The notes under the pieces are model-generated. The model was not told where the DNA came from and searched no databases. It saw only the letters and a list, made by a program, of their open reading frames with translations. A stretch of 64,000 nucleotides of DNA from an uncultured virus (IMG/VR IMGVR_UViG_3300020219_000001) (Duplodnaviria > Heunggongvirae > Uroviricota > Caudoviricetes). Shown in pieces: positions 37,745 to 48,501 of this stretch. The position numbers were made by a program, and so were the translations under genes. The first letter of the stretch is position 1; every line of letters starts with the position of its first letter. The stretch is from IMG/VR virus record IMGVR_UViG_3300020219_000001, one strand, 5' to 3'.

Positions 37745-38239
37745 ATGCCTGCTAACCCACATTGGGCACGTTGGATTCATGCGTCAGTAGCGAAGATTCT
37801 CCGAGCAGAAGCAGTAACGATCGGCGTGCCTTGCTTGATTGAAGGCATTGACGAACACACTGCTACCTTCCAAGAGAGTCCAGATCGCATTGAGGTAAGA
37901 GTCAACGGACCCTTCACTCAAGAACTCAGCGCTGGATACCACCGAGTGCTCGTCGGCGTGAACGTCTTGGTCACCAGTCAAATGGGACCGAGCACGAAGA
38001 TCGCTTACAAGCTCGACGAAATCCTCGGCCAATTCCATGAAGTCATGGATGGGGCCTTAGCTGTCTATCGTTTCGGCACCGGTCCCGCTGACGCTAGCAC
38101 TTCTCTTCTTGGGTGTCTCACACCCCGACCGGGCAAGAACAACAACATCCGTGTGATTCACTTCGGGCAAATCGACCGCACTGACCGAATCCGGCAGGGC
38201 ATGGTTGACGCTCAGTATGTGATGTACCTCAGCGAATAG
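37745..38239 (+). CDS. Tail terminator-like protein
   Basis: Position before the tail tube genes; size. Confidence 0.6.
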   Translation: MPANPHWARWIHASVAKILRAEAVTIGVPCLIEGIDEHTATFQESPDRIEVRVNGPFTQELSAGYHRVLVGVNVLVTSQMGPSTKIAYKLDEILGQFHEVMDGALAVYRFGTGPADASTSLLGCLTPRPGKNNNIRVIHFGQIDRTDRIRQGMVDAQYVMYLSE

Positions 38240-38255
38240 TAGGAGACTCTTTCAT

Positions 38256-38978
38256 ATGGCTCGTATTGAATTGCGAGACGCCACCATCCTGATTCAGGAC
38301 GGTCTGGCGGGCACCGCGGCTGTCGAGGACATGTCCATCATGGCTGGCGACAGCGGACTGTCGGTTGACACCGTAGTGCTTAACACCACCGACACTGACG
38401 TAATCCCCGTCGGTGCTCGGTTCACGATCGCGGGTGAGACCGGCTTGCCGATCCACACCGTGCTCACTTCGACGGGTAACCCGACGACGGCTATCACGTT
38501 CTCCCCGGTCTTGGCCGCGGGCGTGATGGACGAAGCAGTAATCACGTTCTTGCCACAGCAGATCGAAATCAAGATCGGCGAAGGCAACTTAACGTACACC
38601 GAGAACAAGGAGTATGAATATCTCCTCGATCGCGGTGACCTAGACACGGTACGCGAAGGTAACGAAGTCCCGATGGACGTTTCGTTAGAGTTCGTTTACG
38701 AGTTCATCCGGACCGGCACCGGCGAAGCCATCACGCCCGTAGACGCCCTCAAGGGTATCGGCGGCGCGGCTAGCTGGGTCAGTGCTTCGGATGACCTCTG
38801 CGAACCGTACTGCGTCGATGTTCTGATTCAGCACGATCCCCCGTGCGGGACGGCTCAGGATGAGGTTACGACCTTCCCTGAGTTCCGTCACGACTCGCTG
38901 GAGTTCGACCTCTCTGCCGCCACGATTGCCGTGCAAGGCCGCTGCAATGCGACCGAGCCGACGATCGCGCGGTCGTAA
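38256..38978 (+). CDS. Major tail tube protein, copy 1
   Basis: IKIGEGNLTYTENKEYEYLLDRGDLDTVREG; position. Confidence 0.75.
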   Translation: MARIELRDATILIQDGLAGTAAVEDMSIMAGDSGLSVDTVVLNTTDTDVIPVGARFTIAGETGLPIHTVLTSTGNPTTAITFSPVLAAGVMDEAVITFLPQQIEIKIGEGNLTYTENKEYEYLLDRGDLDTVREGNEVPMDVSLEFVYEFIRTGTGEAITPVDALKGIGGAASWVSASDDLCEPYCVDVLIQHDPPCGTAQDEVTTFPEFRHDSLEFDLSAATIAVQGRCNATEPTIARS

Positions 38979-38988
38979 GGGGTGACGC

Positions 38989-40014
38989 ATGGCACGTCTT
39001 GAATTGCGTGATGCCACCATCTACATCCGCGACGGCTTCGGCGGCACTGCCGCTGTTGACGACGCTTTGATTGCCGGTGGCAACACGACCTTGGAGATCG
39101 ACACGCTTGCCGGTTTCCCGAATGCTCGGACCACGGTACCCATCGGTGCCCGCTTCACCATCGCTGGTGTGGCGGTCCCGGAGGAGTTCACCGTCACGGC
39201 CCAGAACGCGAACGAGAAGCAGCAGGTTGTGGTTGACGCTTCGAGCGGCAACTTCACCCTGACGTTCGACGGCGAGGAAACTGCCAGCATCGCGTATGAC
39301 GCGAATGCTGCGGCGGTCCTGGCTGCCTTGGAGGGCTTGAGCAACATCGCTCCCGGCGATGTCGTTGTCACGTCCCCCGTTGCGAGCACGTGGATCATCG
39401 AGTTCCGTGGTGTGTACCTCGGACTGGGTGTCTCAGTGTTGGTCGGCACGGATGTGGACTTGATGGGCGGTGGAGATTCCATCACCATCTCCACGCCTCG
39501 TCCGGGCGGCACCACGTGGGAGTTGACGTTCACGCCGGCATTGGATGGTTCCGACCTTCCGGCCGACACCAACGTCATCACGTTCCTGCCGGTCCAGGTG
39601 GAGATCAAGATCGGTGAGGGCAACCTCACCTACACCGAGAACAAGGAGTATGAGTACCTCTTGGATCGCGGCGATCTCGACACGGTCCGTGAAGGCAACG
39701 AAGTCCCGATGGATGTCTCGTGCGAGTTCGTCTACGAATTCGTCCGGACTGGGACAAGCGAAGCGATCACTCCGGTGGACGCATTGAAGGGTATCGGGGG
39801 CGCGTCGGACTGGACCAGTTCGTCTGAAGACCCCTGCGAACCTTACTGCGTCGATCTCGTGATCGAACATGATCCTCCGTGCGGAACCGCGGAGAATGAG
39901 ATCACCACGTTCCCGACCTTCCGGCATGATTCGCTGGAGTTCGATCTGTCTGCCGCAACGATCGCTGTGCAAGGCCGCTGTAACGCGACCGAGCCGACCA
40001 TCGTCCGCGAATAA
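38989..40014 (+). CDS. Major tail tube protein, copy 2, with an extra inserted domain
   Basis: Near-identical C-terminal 140 aa; insert NEKQQV..GNFTLTFDGEETASIAYDA. Confidence 0.75.
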   Translation: MARLELRDATIYIRDGFGGTAAVDDALIAGGNTTLEIDTLAGFPNARTTVPIGARFTIAGVAVPEEFTVTAQNANEKQQVVVDASSGNFTLTFDGEETASIAYDANAAAVLAALEGLSNIAPGDVVVTSPVASTWIIEFRGVYLGLGVSVLVGTDVDLMGGGDSITISTPRPGGTTWELTFTPALDGSDLPADTNVITFLPVQVEIKIGEGNLTYTENKEYEYLLDRGDLDTVREGNEVPMDVSCEFVYEFVRTGTSEAITPVDALKGIGGASDWTSSSEDPCEPYCVDLVIEHDPPCGTAENEITTFPTFRHDSLEFDLSAATIAVQGRCNATEPTIVRE

Positions 40015-40025
40015 CCTGTAACCAA

Positions 40026-40059
40026 AACCGGTCGGGGTGGCTCCCGACCGGTTTCTTTT
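40026..40059 (+). terminator. Intrinsic terminator
   Basis: AAACCGGTCGGGG-TGG-CTCCCGACCGGTTTCTTTT. Confidence 0.8.
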
Positions 40060-40073
40060 CGAGGGAGAACAAA

Positions 40074-40604
40074 ATGAAGATTGGTGGCGTTCAAGTAACT
40101 GAACCGGTTGATGAGTACCTGGTGCTTAGCCGTGGTACGAACAAACTGGTGTTCATCGCAAAGTCGCTGAAGGATTGGAAGGAGTTCAACGAAAGTTGCC
40201 CTCGTCCTCAAGCGCCGGTCCGCTTTACCAAAGACGGTAAGGTTGAAGAGACCGACAACAAGAGCTACCAGGACGTGTTGAAGATTTACTTCGACCGCCA
40301 CCTGGCGTACATGGTCATCCGATCGTTGGAACCATCCAACATCGAATGGGACACCGTGGACCCGGCGAATCCGAAGACGTGGCTGAACTGGCTCAACGAC
40401 TTCAAGAACGCCGGCCTGACCGAGACGGAGTGCAATCACGTTATCAACTTCGTGTCTGACGTGAACACGCTGTCCGAGAAGAAGCTGAAAGAGTCCCGCG
40501 AGTCTTTTCTACTTGGTCAAGCGCTGGTGCAGGCCGCGTCCTCTGGCCTCCGTACCGAACCGGAAAGTACGCAATCTGGCGAGCCTGTGGCCGCTTCGGA
40601 GTAA
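40074..40604 (+). CDS. Tail assembly chaperone (G)
   Basis: Between tail tube and tape measure; open -1 frame continues to 40819. Confidence 0.75.
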   Translation: MKIGGVQVTEPVDEYLVLSRGTNKLVFIAKSLKDWKEFNESCPRPQAPVRFTKDGKVEETDNKSYQDVLKIYFDRHLAYMVIRSLEPSNIEWDTVDPANPKTWLNWLNDFKNAGLTETECNHVINFVSDVNTLSEKKLKESRESFLLGQALVQAASSGLRTEPESTQSGEPVAASE

Positions 40605-40833
40605 AGCCTCCAGGAGTAGCGGACTCTTGGGAAGAGTGTGGCTTGGATGCCCAGGCCGACTTGATCGCTTTCGATCAGCACATGACTCACGACGAAGACG
40701 AGCGGGATGCTCAACTTGCCGGGGCACGGAAGCCCCTTGGCTCTGGCCTACCGCCTTCGTCCAAGTCGCAATCGCGACCGATGAATCGGTCTGCTGCTGC
40801 TCCAGCCAAACGTCGGTAACCCGAGACTCGACC

Positions 40834-41343
40834 ATGAAGATGTCAGCCGTCTTTCAAAAGCCTAGCTTTGACCTCGGCAAGTACCGCACGGTGCTCGCCG
40901 AGGAACTAAGCGGGGCAATCGCCGCAGGTGCCTTCGCCTGGATCGGAGCCGCAACGGCTCAAATCCCTGTGTGGAGTGGAGCGTCCCATGCGACGTTCTT
41001 ACACGTCGCGCGAGACATCGGTTTTCAACTCTCCATCTCGGCCAAGTCCAACGCACCAAATCGAACCGCTCTCGGACAAGGGTCCAGCAGTGGCGGTGTG
41101 GACGCCGACGCATCAGACGGGCGAGTGTCCTTCCATTACGAGACGCATCTGAAGCATCTCGTCTACAACGAATACAACAACGCAAACGCGACTCCGGACC
41201 CGGGCCTCTTCGCCCAACTCTTAACTCCGGGTCCCTACGACTTCCAGACGGTAGCAACGGAAGCGTACTTGCAAGCTACGCGCGGCGTGAGTCTTCCAGA
41301 CCCACGCCGCTTCATAAAGATCAAGGTCACTAAGGTGGGGTAA
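40834..41343 (+). CDS. Neck/tail completion protein (HK97 gp10-like)
   Basis: IPVWSGAS motif; position. Confidence 0.6.
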   Translation: MKMSAVFQKPSFDLGKYRTVLAEELSGAIAAGAFAWIGAATAQIPVWSGASHATFLHVARDIGFQLSISAKSNAPNRTALGQGSSSGGVDADASDGRVSFHYETHLKHLVYNEYNNANATPDPGLFAQLLTPGPYDFQTVATEAYLQATRGVSLPDPRRFIKIKVTKVG

Positions 41344-41344
41344 A

Positions 41345-44300
41345 ATGGCTGACGAAATTAAGCAGACATTTACGATTGATGCTTCCCAAGCCTTAGACGC
41401 TTTGCGGCAGCTAGATCAAGGGTACACCAGCTTATCTGGCAAGCTCGACGCGACCGCCAAGGCGATCTCTTCTTTCAACCGTCGAGCGGGCAACTCCGGT
41501 AAGGCTTTCGACAAAGCCATCAAGAGTGCCGACGCTTACAACCAGACGCTCCAGACGCTCGCCACCGGTGGGCTGACGAACGTCGCGAATCAATCTCAGC
41601 AGCTTAGCGGCGCACTGAAGCAGTTCGGCCGCTCCTCGCAGCAGAGCATGAACGCCGCCGCGAAGTCTACGCAGAACTTCGTCATCTCTTGGGAAACGCT
41701 CAGCCGTGTCGTGATGACTCAGTTCATCGTGCGAGCGATGAGCCAGTTCCGTGACGCTGTTAGTGCGGCGACCGAAGAGGCCATCGACTTCCAGCGGCAA
41801 GTCGCGCTCATCACCACGATCGCGTCGGACACCGGCTTCGATCAAATCGCTACCTCGGTCCGCAACATCTCCGACAGCTTCAACTTGCCCCTGCTCGACA
41901 CCGCGAAGGGTGTCTACCAGGCGTTGAGCAACCAGGTCGGAAACTTCGCGGACAGTCTCCGCTTCACAGAGGAGGCCGCTAAGTTCGCCCGCTCGACGAA
42001 TTCGTCGCTGGCGGACTCGGTAGACCTTCTCTCCGGTGCCCTTCGCTCCTACGGATTGAACGTGGAGGACACCGGACGAGTTGCAGGTATCTTCTTCACC
42101 GCGATCGACAAGGGCCGTGTTACGGCCGACCAGTTGGCGAATGCCTTTGGTCGTGTCGGCCCTGGTGCGGAAGCCATCGGTATCAGCTTAGAGGAACTCG
42201 CGGCTGCGGCGGCGACGATCTCCGATAAGGGTATCGCAACTGCTGAAACCTTGACGCAATTCCGCGGCATCATCACGGCTTTAACCAAGCCGACCGATGC
42301 CATGAAGGAACGCCTGCGTGAGTTGGGCTTCTCCAGCACGGAAGCCGCCATCGCCACGTTGCGATTGGATGGTGTGTTGGACGCCTTGGCTGGCACGACG
42401 GATGGCTCTCAAGCTGCGTTCGCGAAGTTGTTCCCCAACATTCGTGGTATCGGCGGTGCGACCGCCTTGACTGGCGACAACCTGAAGACGTTCGCGGATA
42501 ACATCCGTGAGGCGCAAGCCAACGGTGAGGAGTTCGCGAACTCGAAGTTCTTGCTCGCGACGGCCACGGATGGTGAAGTCCTCACGAAGGCAATCAACCA
42601 GATCAAGAATGCCTTTACGATCGAGTTGGGGCAAGCACTGGTGAAGACCGGTGCCGACCTGCTCGGCACGAAGGGCAGCGTCGAAGCGATCACGCAAGTC
42701 ATCAAGATCATGGCACAGACGATCCCCGCCCTTACGGGTGCGGCGATCGCACTGGCTGGAGCGTTGGGGACCGTCAAGATCGCGACGTTGGCTCTGGCCA
42801 GTCCGGTCAACCTGGTGGTCACTGCCTTGGCAGCCCTCGCTGTCGCCATCCCGGCGTCACTGAATGCCATCAAGGATGCACGGACGAAGAACGCCCTGAA
42901 GGGCATCACTGGACTTGAAGAGGCGAACGCCGCCGAGTTCGAGAGCTTTACCAGCACTCAGAACAACATTCTGAACCTCCAGAAGAAGATCGACCAGGAG
43001 TTGGTCGCCGGTGCCTTCACGAAGATCACGGAGATCAACAAGGCTTACCTGAAGGATGTGGACAACGCCAAGAACGCCAACGACGCAGTTGTGGCGAACA
43101 CTGAGGCGTCCCTCGACAAGATTCTAAGCGCCCGGACTAAGTTCGTGTCCGCGATCGAATCAGCCATCACGGAAAGCCAGCAGCAAGTTAAAGACTCGGT
43201 CGCTCGAATCGCAGACCTGCGAATCAAACAGGACGACCGACAGTTCGATACGAAGACCAAGGACTTCGACGATGCTCAGAAGGTGTTCGCGCTCAACCAG
43301 CGTGCCGCCCAGATCGCGTCGAAGGCCACGGCTGATCTGAAGGCTGCCTTTGCCTCAGGTGACGACGATGCACGCAACCGCGCGTTGGGCCAGTTCCAAC
43401 GTGCCGACGCTGCCGCGGCCGAAGCCCAGAGCATTGGCGAGCGTGCCGGCAACCGTGTGTTGGAAGCACAGTCGGCCAAGCAGTTGGAGTCCATCACGAA
43501 TCAACAGATTCGTGCTGAGGAGGAGATCAATCGACTCCAGGCCCAACGGCAGAAGGCATTAGCGTCGGAACGCGATCGCCAGGAAGGCATCGTCAAGCAG
43601 CTTCGTGAACAGACCAAGCTCGTCCTCGACAACACCGGCCAGTTCGATAAGAACGGTCAGTTGCTTGACCCGGATGAACTTGCGAAACGCTCGCAGGCAC
43701 GTGCCGAAGGTTTGAAGAAGATCGCCGAACTCGCGTTCAGCGGTAAGGACTTCAAGGCCGCGGACGCACTGGGGTTGGCGGACTTCGTGTCCACCATTGA
43801 GAACGATCTCTCGCAGCGGCCGATCAAGCTGGTGTTCGATGTCGAGTCTTCCATCCAGAAAGTCCAGGCCGAGATTCAGAAGTCCCTCGGCAACCTCGAT
43901 GTCCAGCTACCGTTTCTGAAGGATGCAGAAAAGCTCTCTGGTCGGAGTCTACGCGATTCTCCTGACGATATTCGGAAGGGTATCCAGGACTTGCAGACCG
44001 AGGGCAGCAACCTAAGGCAGCAGCGATTCCAACGTGCAAGCGCGGAGTTGAAGATCGAGCAGAAGCGAGCGGAGGTTCTCAAGGGAATCGCCGATCTTGA
44101 AGCACGACTTCCTCAGCGAGAAGCGTTGGGTCCGGAGTCGCAGCCCGCGAGGGACGCCACTCAAAGTGCCATCGAGCAGTTGAAGTCGGATGCAGCAGCG
44201 GGCGACATCAGTGTCGCCAACCTGAACCTGACGCTCAACAAGCTCAAGGAGATTGATTTCGGTAGCCAGTTCGGTGTCTTGAAAACGGACGCCGACCTGA

Positions 44301-44908
44301 TTCAGAAGTCATTCCAGAGCACGGCGGAACTGGCTCAGAACTTGAACCAGTTATCGGCTACTCCTCAGATTGACGAAGCTCGGCTGGCCGCGATTGAAAA
44401 CGTGCTGAACAAGGTCGGAGAAACCGACTTCACAGCCGTCTCGAATCTCGGAACCGGACTTTCCAACGCTGTGGAGCCGTCAAGCTTTGTCGCTACGAAT
44501 GCCACTACGACGGCGACCGCATACGAGCGGGCAGCCGCGGCCATCCAAAGCGTGCAAGGTGCGACCCTACCTGTGATCCCGTCGTCTACTCTGCCCGAAG
44601 GGAATCAGTTCGGTCGGGTCCGTTACTTCGCTGACGGCGGTATGGCCAGAGGTGTTGATACGATCCCCGCCATGCTTCGTGCTGGCGAGACCGTCATCAA
44701 CCCGAAGTCCTCGTCCCGGTTCTTCTCTCAGTTGCAAGCCATCAACGCCGGACAAAACCCTGTCTTCCGACAGGACGGCGGGACGGTAAACAACACCAAC
44801 GTCGGTGACATCCATATTCATGGTGCCACCAATCCCAAGGCTTCCGGCAAGGCAGTGGTTGACCAAATCAACCGACTGAAGCGCCGGGGTGCCGCACAGA
44901 TTCGATAA
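41345..44908 (+). CDS. Tape measure protein
   Basis: 1187 aa, Ala-rich helical, TP901-type core, C-terminal FADGG..DTIPAML..GE.V. Confidence 0.92.
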   Translation: MADEIKQTFTIDASQALDALRQLDQGYTSLSGKLDATAKAISSFNRRAGNSGKAFDKAIKSADAYNQTLQTLATGGLTNVANQSQQLSGALKQFGRSSQQSMNAAAKSTQNFVISWETLSRVVMTQFIVRAMSQFRDAVSAATEEAIDFQRQVALITTIASDTGFDQIATSVRNISDSFNLPLLDTAKGVYQALSNQVGNFADSLRFTEEAAKFARSTNSSLADSVDLLSGALRSYGLNVEDTGRVAGIFFTAIDKGRVTADQLANAFGRVGPGAEAIGISLEELAAAAATISDKGIATAETLTQFRGIITALTKPTDAMKERLRELGFSSTEAAIATLRLDGVLDALAGTTDGSQAAFAKLFPNIRGIGGATALTGDNLKTFADNIREAQANGEEFANSKFLLATATDGEVLTKAINQIKNAFTIELGQALVKTGADLLGTKGSVEAITQVIKIMAQTIPALTGAAIALAGALGTVKIATLALASPVNLVVTALAALAVAIPASLNAIKDARTKNALKGITGLEEANAAEFESFTSTQNNILNLQKKIDQELVAGAFTKITEINKAYLKDVDNAKNANDAVVANTEASLDKILSARTKFVSAIESAITESQQQVKDSVARIADLRIKQDDRQFDTKTKDFDDAQKVFALNQRAAQIASKATADLKAAFASGDDDARNRALGQFQRADAAAAEAQSIGERAGNRVLEAQSAKQLESITNQQIRAEEEINRLQAQRQKALASERDRQEGIVKQLREQTKLVLDNTGQFDKNGQLLDPDELAKRSQARAEGLKKIAELAFSGKDFKAADALGLADFVSTIENDLSQRPIKLVFDVESSIQKVQAEIQKSLGNLDVQLPFLKDAEKLSGRSLRDSPDDIRKGIQDLQTEGSNLRQQRFQRASAELKIEQKRAEVLKGIADLEARLPQREALGPESQPARDATQSAIEQLKSDAAAGDISVANLNLTLNKLKEIDFGSQFGVLKTDADLIQKSFQSTAELAQNLNQLSATPQIDEARLAAIENVLNKVGETDFTAVSNLGTGLSNAVEPSSFVATNATTTATAYERAAAAIQSVQGATLPVIPSSTLPEGNQFGRVRYFADGGMARGVDTIPAMLRAGETVINPKSSSRFFSQLQAINAGQNPVFRQDGGTVNNTNVGDIHIHGATNPKASGKAVVDQINRLKRRGAAQIR

Positions 44909-44911
44909 CCC

Positions 44912-44944
44912 GCGGGCTGGCGTGTTGCCAGCCCGCTTTTCTTC
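44912..44944 (+). terminator. Intrinsic terminator
   Basis: GCGGGCTGGC-GTGTT-GCCAGCCCGC-TTTTCTT. Confidence 0.8.
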
Positions 44945-44985
44945 TCACGCCTGATCTGGCGTGGCTTTCCATTAGGAGATTCTTT

Positions 44986-45603
44986 ATGAATCAATTGGAC
45001 TTTCGCCAGGCGGCCGGCTGTGAGCTTGTTCGGGCCGCGGACATTCAAAAACTCGGCGGCCCGTCGTCCGAGATTACTCTTCGAGGTCACTACAAGGTCG
45101 AGCTTGTCCGCAACGGCAAGACGATCCGGACCATCGAAGGTAAGAACGGTATCGTCAACGAAGGCAAGAACAAGCTGTTGGACGTGATGTTCCATGCGAC
45201 CACGCAAATCAGTACGTGGTACCTGGGCCTAATCGACAACAGCGGATACACTGCCCTCGCCAACGACGACATCTACGACGACATCAACCAGGCCGGTAAC
45301 GGCTGGGATGAATTCGCGAACTACACCGACGACGCGAACGCCGACAGCACCACGACTCGTCCGACCTGGACGGAAGGTGCGGCGTCTGGTCAGTCGATCA
45401 CGAACTCGTCCGTGGTCATCTTCGATGTCACCGGCTCCGGCACGGTGAAAGGTCTGTTCGTCGTGGGTGGCACGAACGCTCAGACGAAGAGCGATCACAC
45501 CGCTTCGGGTAACTTCTTGTGGGCGACCGCCCTGTTTACGGGCGGCGACGTGGCCGTCACGAACGGTGACCAATTGAAGGTCACGTACACGGTCAGCGCC
45601 TAA
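44986..45603 (+). CDS. Minor tail/virion protein
   Basis: NGIVNEGKNKLLDVMF, WYLGL, GDQLKVTYTVS. Confidence 0.75.
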   Translation: MNQLDFRQAAGCELVRAADIQKLGGPSSEITLRGHYKVELVRNGKTIRTIEGKNGIVNEGKNKLLDVMFHATTQISTWYLGLIDNSGYTALANDDIYDDINQAGNGWDEFANYTDDANADSTTTRPTWTEGAASGQSITNSSVVIFDVTGSGTVKGLFVVGGTNAQTKSDHTASGNFLWATALFTGGDVAVTNGDQLKVTYTVSA

Positions 45604-45682
45604 TCGTTCTCTCCCTCGCCTCGGCTGGGGCTGGACCTTCGGGGCTGGCCTCAGCCGATTTTTTCTTTGAATGGAGGACAAC

Positions 45683-46726
45683 ATGGCAATGCTTTGGCTT
45701 GAAAGTTTCGATGCTGCCTTCGGCACGTCACCTGGAGCACCGACGCAACTTGCGTCCAAGTACACCGTCTCAGGGAGCACGACGAACACCGCATTAGTTA
45801 CCGGCAGGGTGGGCGGTCTCGGACTCAAGATTCACAATGCTACGGGTAGCGGAGCCTACATCTCGCCGCCCTCGAATGGTAACCAGCAAGACTGGGTTGT
45901 CGGCTTCGGCTTGCAGACAGGAATCCTGATTGATTCCCGCATCTTCTCGATGTACGACGGCGGTTCGGAGCAATTCGCGCTCCGCATGACTGCCTCCGGG
46001 GCTTTGGCTGTGTACCGGGGTACTTCTGCCATCACACTCGGAGAATCGGCCGCGGCTGTATTGACTGCTAGTTCTTGGCACTACGTCGAAGTCAAAGTAC
46101 GTGTCGGGAACGCCGGTGTCGGATTCTACGAAGTCCGTGTGAACGGTGTCAACGTAGTCAGTGACGCCAACGAAGATACGCAAGCAAGCGCCAACGCCTA
46201 CGCGAACACGATCCGGTTCTGGGGCGTGTTTGATTCATCGTCTACGTTCCAGTTTGCCTTCGACGATCTCTACATCTTTGACATGTCGGGGGCGGACAAC
46301 AACGACTTTCTAGGTAGCCAAAAGATCGACTGCATCCGCTCCAACGGGGCGGGTGACTCCACGCAGCTTACACCGAACACCGGCAGCAACTACCAAGCGG
46401 TCGATGATACTGGGCACGACGGAGATAGCACCTACGTTGAGTCTGGTACGGTCGGGCATCAAGACCTGTATGCGTTCGCCAGCACGACCTTGTCTGACAT
46501 CAAGGGTATGCAGATCAATGCCGTGTGCAAAGAAACGGACATGACCCCGTTCGACGTGAAGCTCGTTTGCAAGAGCGGTAGCACGGTTGATGAAGGTTCG
46601 TCCCAACCAATCGGCAGTACCACGTACCTTACTAGGCACCGCATCCTTGAAGAAGACCCGGACACCACGGCGCAGTGGGACGCAGCGGGCGTCAGCGCCG
46701 CTCAGTTTGGGATTGAGGTAGATTAA
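45683..46726 (+). CDS. Virion protein with a lectin/LamG-like region
   Basis: WHYVEVKV..G..EVRVNG, FDDLYI. Confidence 0.75.
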   Translation: MAMLWLESFDAAFGTSPGAPTQLASKYTVSGSTTNTALVTGRVGGLGLKIHNATGSGAYISPPSNGNQQDWVVGFGLQTGILIDSRIFSMYDGGSEQFALRMTASGALAVYRGTSAITLGESAAAVLTASSWHYVEVKVRVGNAGVGFYEVRVNGVNVVSDANEDTQASANAYANTIRFWGVFDSSSTFQFAFDDLYIFDMSGADNNDFLGSQKIDCIRSNGAGDSTQLTPNTGSNYQAVDDTGHDGDSTYVESGTVGHQDLYAFASTTLSDIKGMQINAVCKETDMTPFDVKLVCKSGSTVDEGSSQPIGSTTYLTRHRILEEDPDTTAQWDAAGVSAAQFGIEVD

Positions 46727-46728
46727 CC

Positions 46729-48501
46729 ATGAGTCTTCGCGTAACGCAACAATATGTCGATGTAATCGGAGAGAATACTGGCGGTAAGCTCCGAGCTACT
46801 CAACTGTACGTTGACGTTATCGGAACTCCAACGATCGAGCACCTTGCAGACGCCACGAGCACGCTGTCGCTCACATCTACGGCGGAGAATCAAGGTACTG
46901 TGCTGGGTGATGCAACCAGTACGCTATCCCTTACCCAGGAGGCGGTGTCAAACATCAAGAGTGTTAGTGCTACTAACACACTGACGCTGACGCAGTCTGC
47001 TGAGGGTATGGCGGCGAACTTGAATGCGGCGGCGGTCAGTACGCTGACCTTGACGCAATCGGCGAACAACAGTTCGCTGACAGTCCAAGCTGCATCAAGC
47101 GCCATCACGTTCACGCAGTTTGCGACGAGCGGCCATCTTGTTGCAGCCGCCGGCTCGGTTATCGAACTCGACCACTTAGCTTACTCTGCTAACGAATACC
47201 CCGTGGCTGGGAGCCATCTGGCGTCGTTGACCCATTCGGCTGTGTGCATGAACCTTCATGTGTACGCCGAGAGTGAGCTTGAACTTGTATCACTTGGCGA
47301 TCACAGTGTCAAGGCTCGGTCGGCGACCAGCGAACTGAGCTTGACTCAGTCTGCTTTTGCCGAGCGTGTCTTCGTCGTTACCAGCGTGTTGAATCTGACT
47401 CAGTCAGCAACACAGGGTATCCTGACGGCTGCGGCCGAGGATCAGTTAGAACTGTCGCAGGAGGCGCGTGTCACCAACATCAATGTGGTGGCAAGCTCGA
47501 CTGACCTGACCCTGACTCAGGAAGCCACGTCGAACATCAAGATGCTGTCGGTCACGAGCACGCTCGTGCTCGAACAGTCCGTCACGGTGCTTCGTCCGTT
47601 CTACGTCTCGGCGATCAGTGAGTTGCAGACGGTGGAGTCGGTGTTCGACCTGGACACCTTCACCTTCGTCGATGTCATCACAGGTCTTACCGACGCTGCT
47701 AGTGCCCAGTTGGACGGGCCGCGATCGCTGTCACACATCATCTCGTTCTCGCAGACGGCCACGGCCAGTCTGGTGAGTGTCGATGCGATTGCTGCTGACG
47801 CCGAGAGCGTGTTGAGCCTGACGCAAGAAGCTCGGATCAGCATTCAGGAAGCAGCGATCTCGGCGATCGTCTTCACTCAGGTGGCCACAGCCGTCGTGAG
47901 TGAAGTCGCGACGAGCACGTTGTCCTTGTCGCAGTCCGCCAGCTTCAACATTGTTCGGGGTGCGATCGCTGCGGCGAGCACGCTGGACATCAAGCAGGCG
48001 GTGGCCTTCGTCCTGGACCGAACGGACACGCTCTGTTCGTACAGCCCGTTCGTTGGTAGCTCCAGCGATCCCGATGCACCAACGCCGCCTCCCTCGACCT
48101 ACCCGGCCGCGGGCGGCACTCCTGGCTTCCGGCTTCAATACCCGGAGACTGGGTCAGTCACAGACGAGCTAATTCTCCGAGCACCCAACCTCGGGAACAT
48201 CGACCGTCTGTCAATGGTGAGGATCAACCGAGAGACCCGTGGTGGGACGCTCATTATCTACGCCGATCCAATCTGGCCGAAGGTGGAAACGCTCCTGCTG
48301 ACGTTCTCCGGCTTGTCAGAGGATGAAGCACAAGACCTGCTCGATTGGATGGAGACTTATCTCGGACAGGAGATTCGATTGATCGACTGGGAGGACCGTG
48401 TGTGGAAGGGCGTGATCGTCAACCCGCAGGACCCAGTCGTGCAGGATGGAAAGGGCTGCCAGTTCACGGCCAGCTTCGAGTTTGAAGGGAGCAAGGTATG
48501 A
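46729..48501 (+). CDS. Repetitive tail protein with a distal-tail-like C-terminus
   Basis: More than 15 repeats of about 20 aa, A.S.L.LTQ.A. Confidence 0.75.
   Translation: MSLRVTQQYVDVIGENTGGKLRATQLYVDVIGTPTIEHLADATSTLSLTSTAENQGTVLGDATSTLSLTQEAVSNIKSVSATNTLTLTQSAEGMAANLNAAAVSTLTLTQSANNSSLTVQAASSAITFTQFATSGHLVAAAGSVIELDHLAYSANEYPVAGSHLASLTHSAVCMNLHVYAESELELVSLGDHSVKARSATSELSLTQSAFAERVFVVTSVLNLTQSATQGILTAAAEDQLELSQEARVTNINVVASSTDLTLTQEATSNIKMLSVTSTLVLEQSVTVLRPFYVSAISELQTVESVFDLDTFTFVDVITGLTDAASAQLDGPRSLSHIISFSQTATASLVSVDAIAADAESVLSLTQEARISIQEAAISAIVFTQVATAVVSEVATSTLSLSQSASFNIVRGAIAAASTLDIKQAVAFVLDRTDTLCSYSPFVGSSSDPDAPTPPPSTYPAAGGTPGFRLQYPETGSVTDELILRAPNLGNIDRLSMVRINRETRGGTLIIYADPIWPKVETLLLTFSGLSEDEAQDLLDWMETYLGQEIRLIDWEDRVWKGVIVNPQDPVVQDGKGCQFTASFEFEGSKV

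Noticed and set aside
29595..40014. Diversity-generating retroelement behind the repeated fibre modules, capsid ghost or tail tube copies
   Set aside because: No reverse transcriptase in the window; differences are not adenine-specific
40513..40833. N-terminal extension of ORF 40513..41343
   Set aside because: Overlaps the chaperone and its -1 frame; the plausible start is ATG 40834
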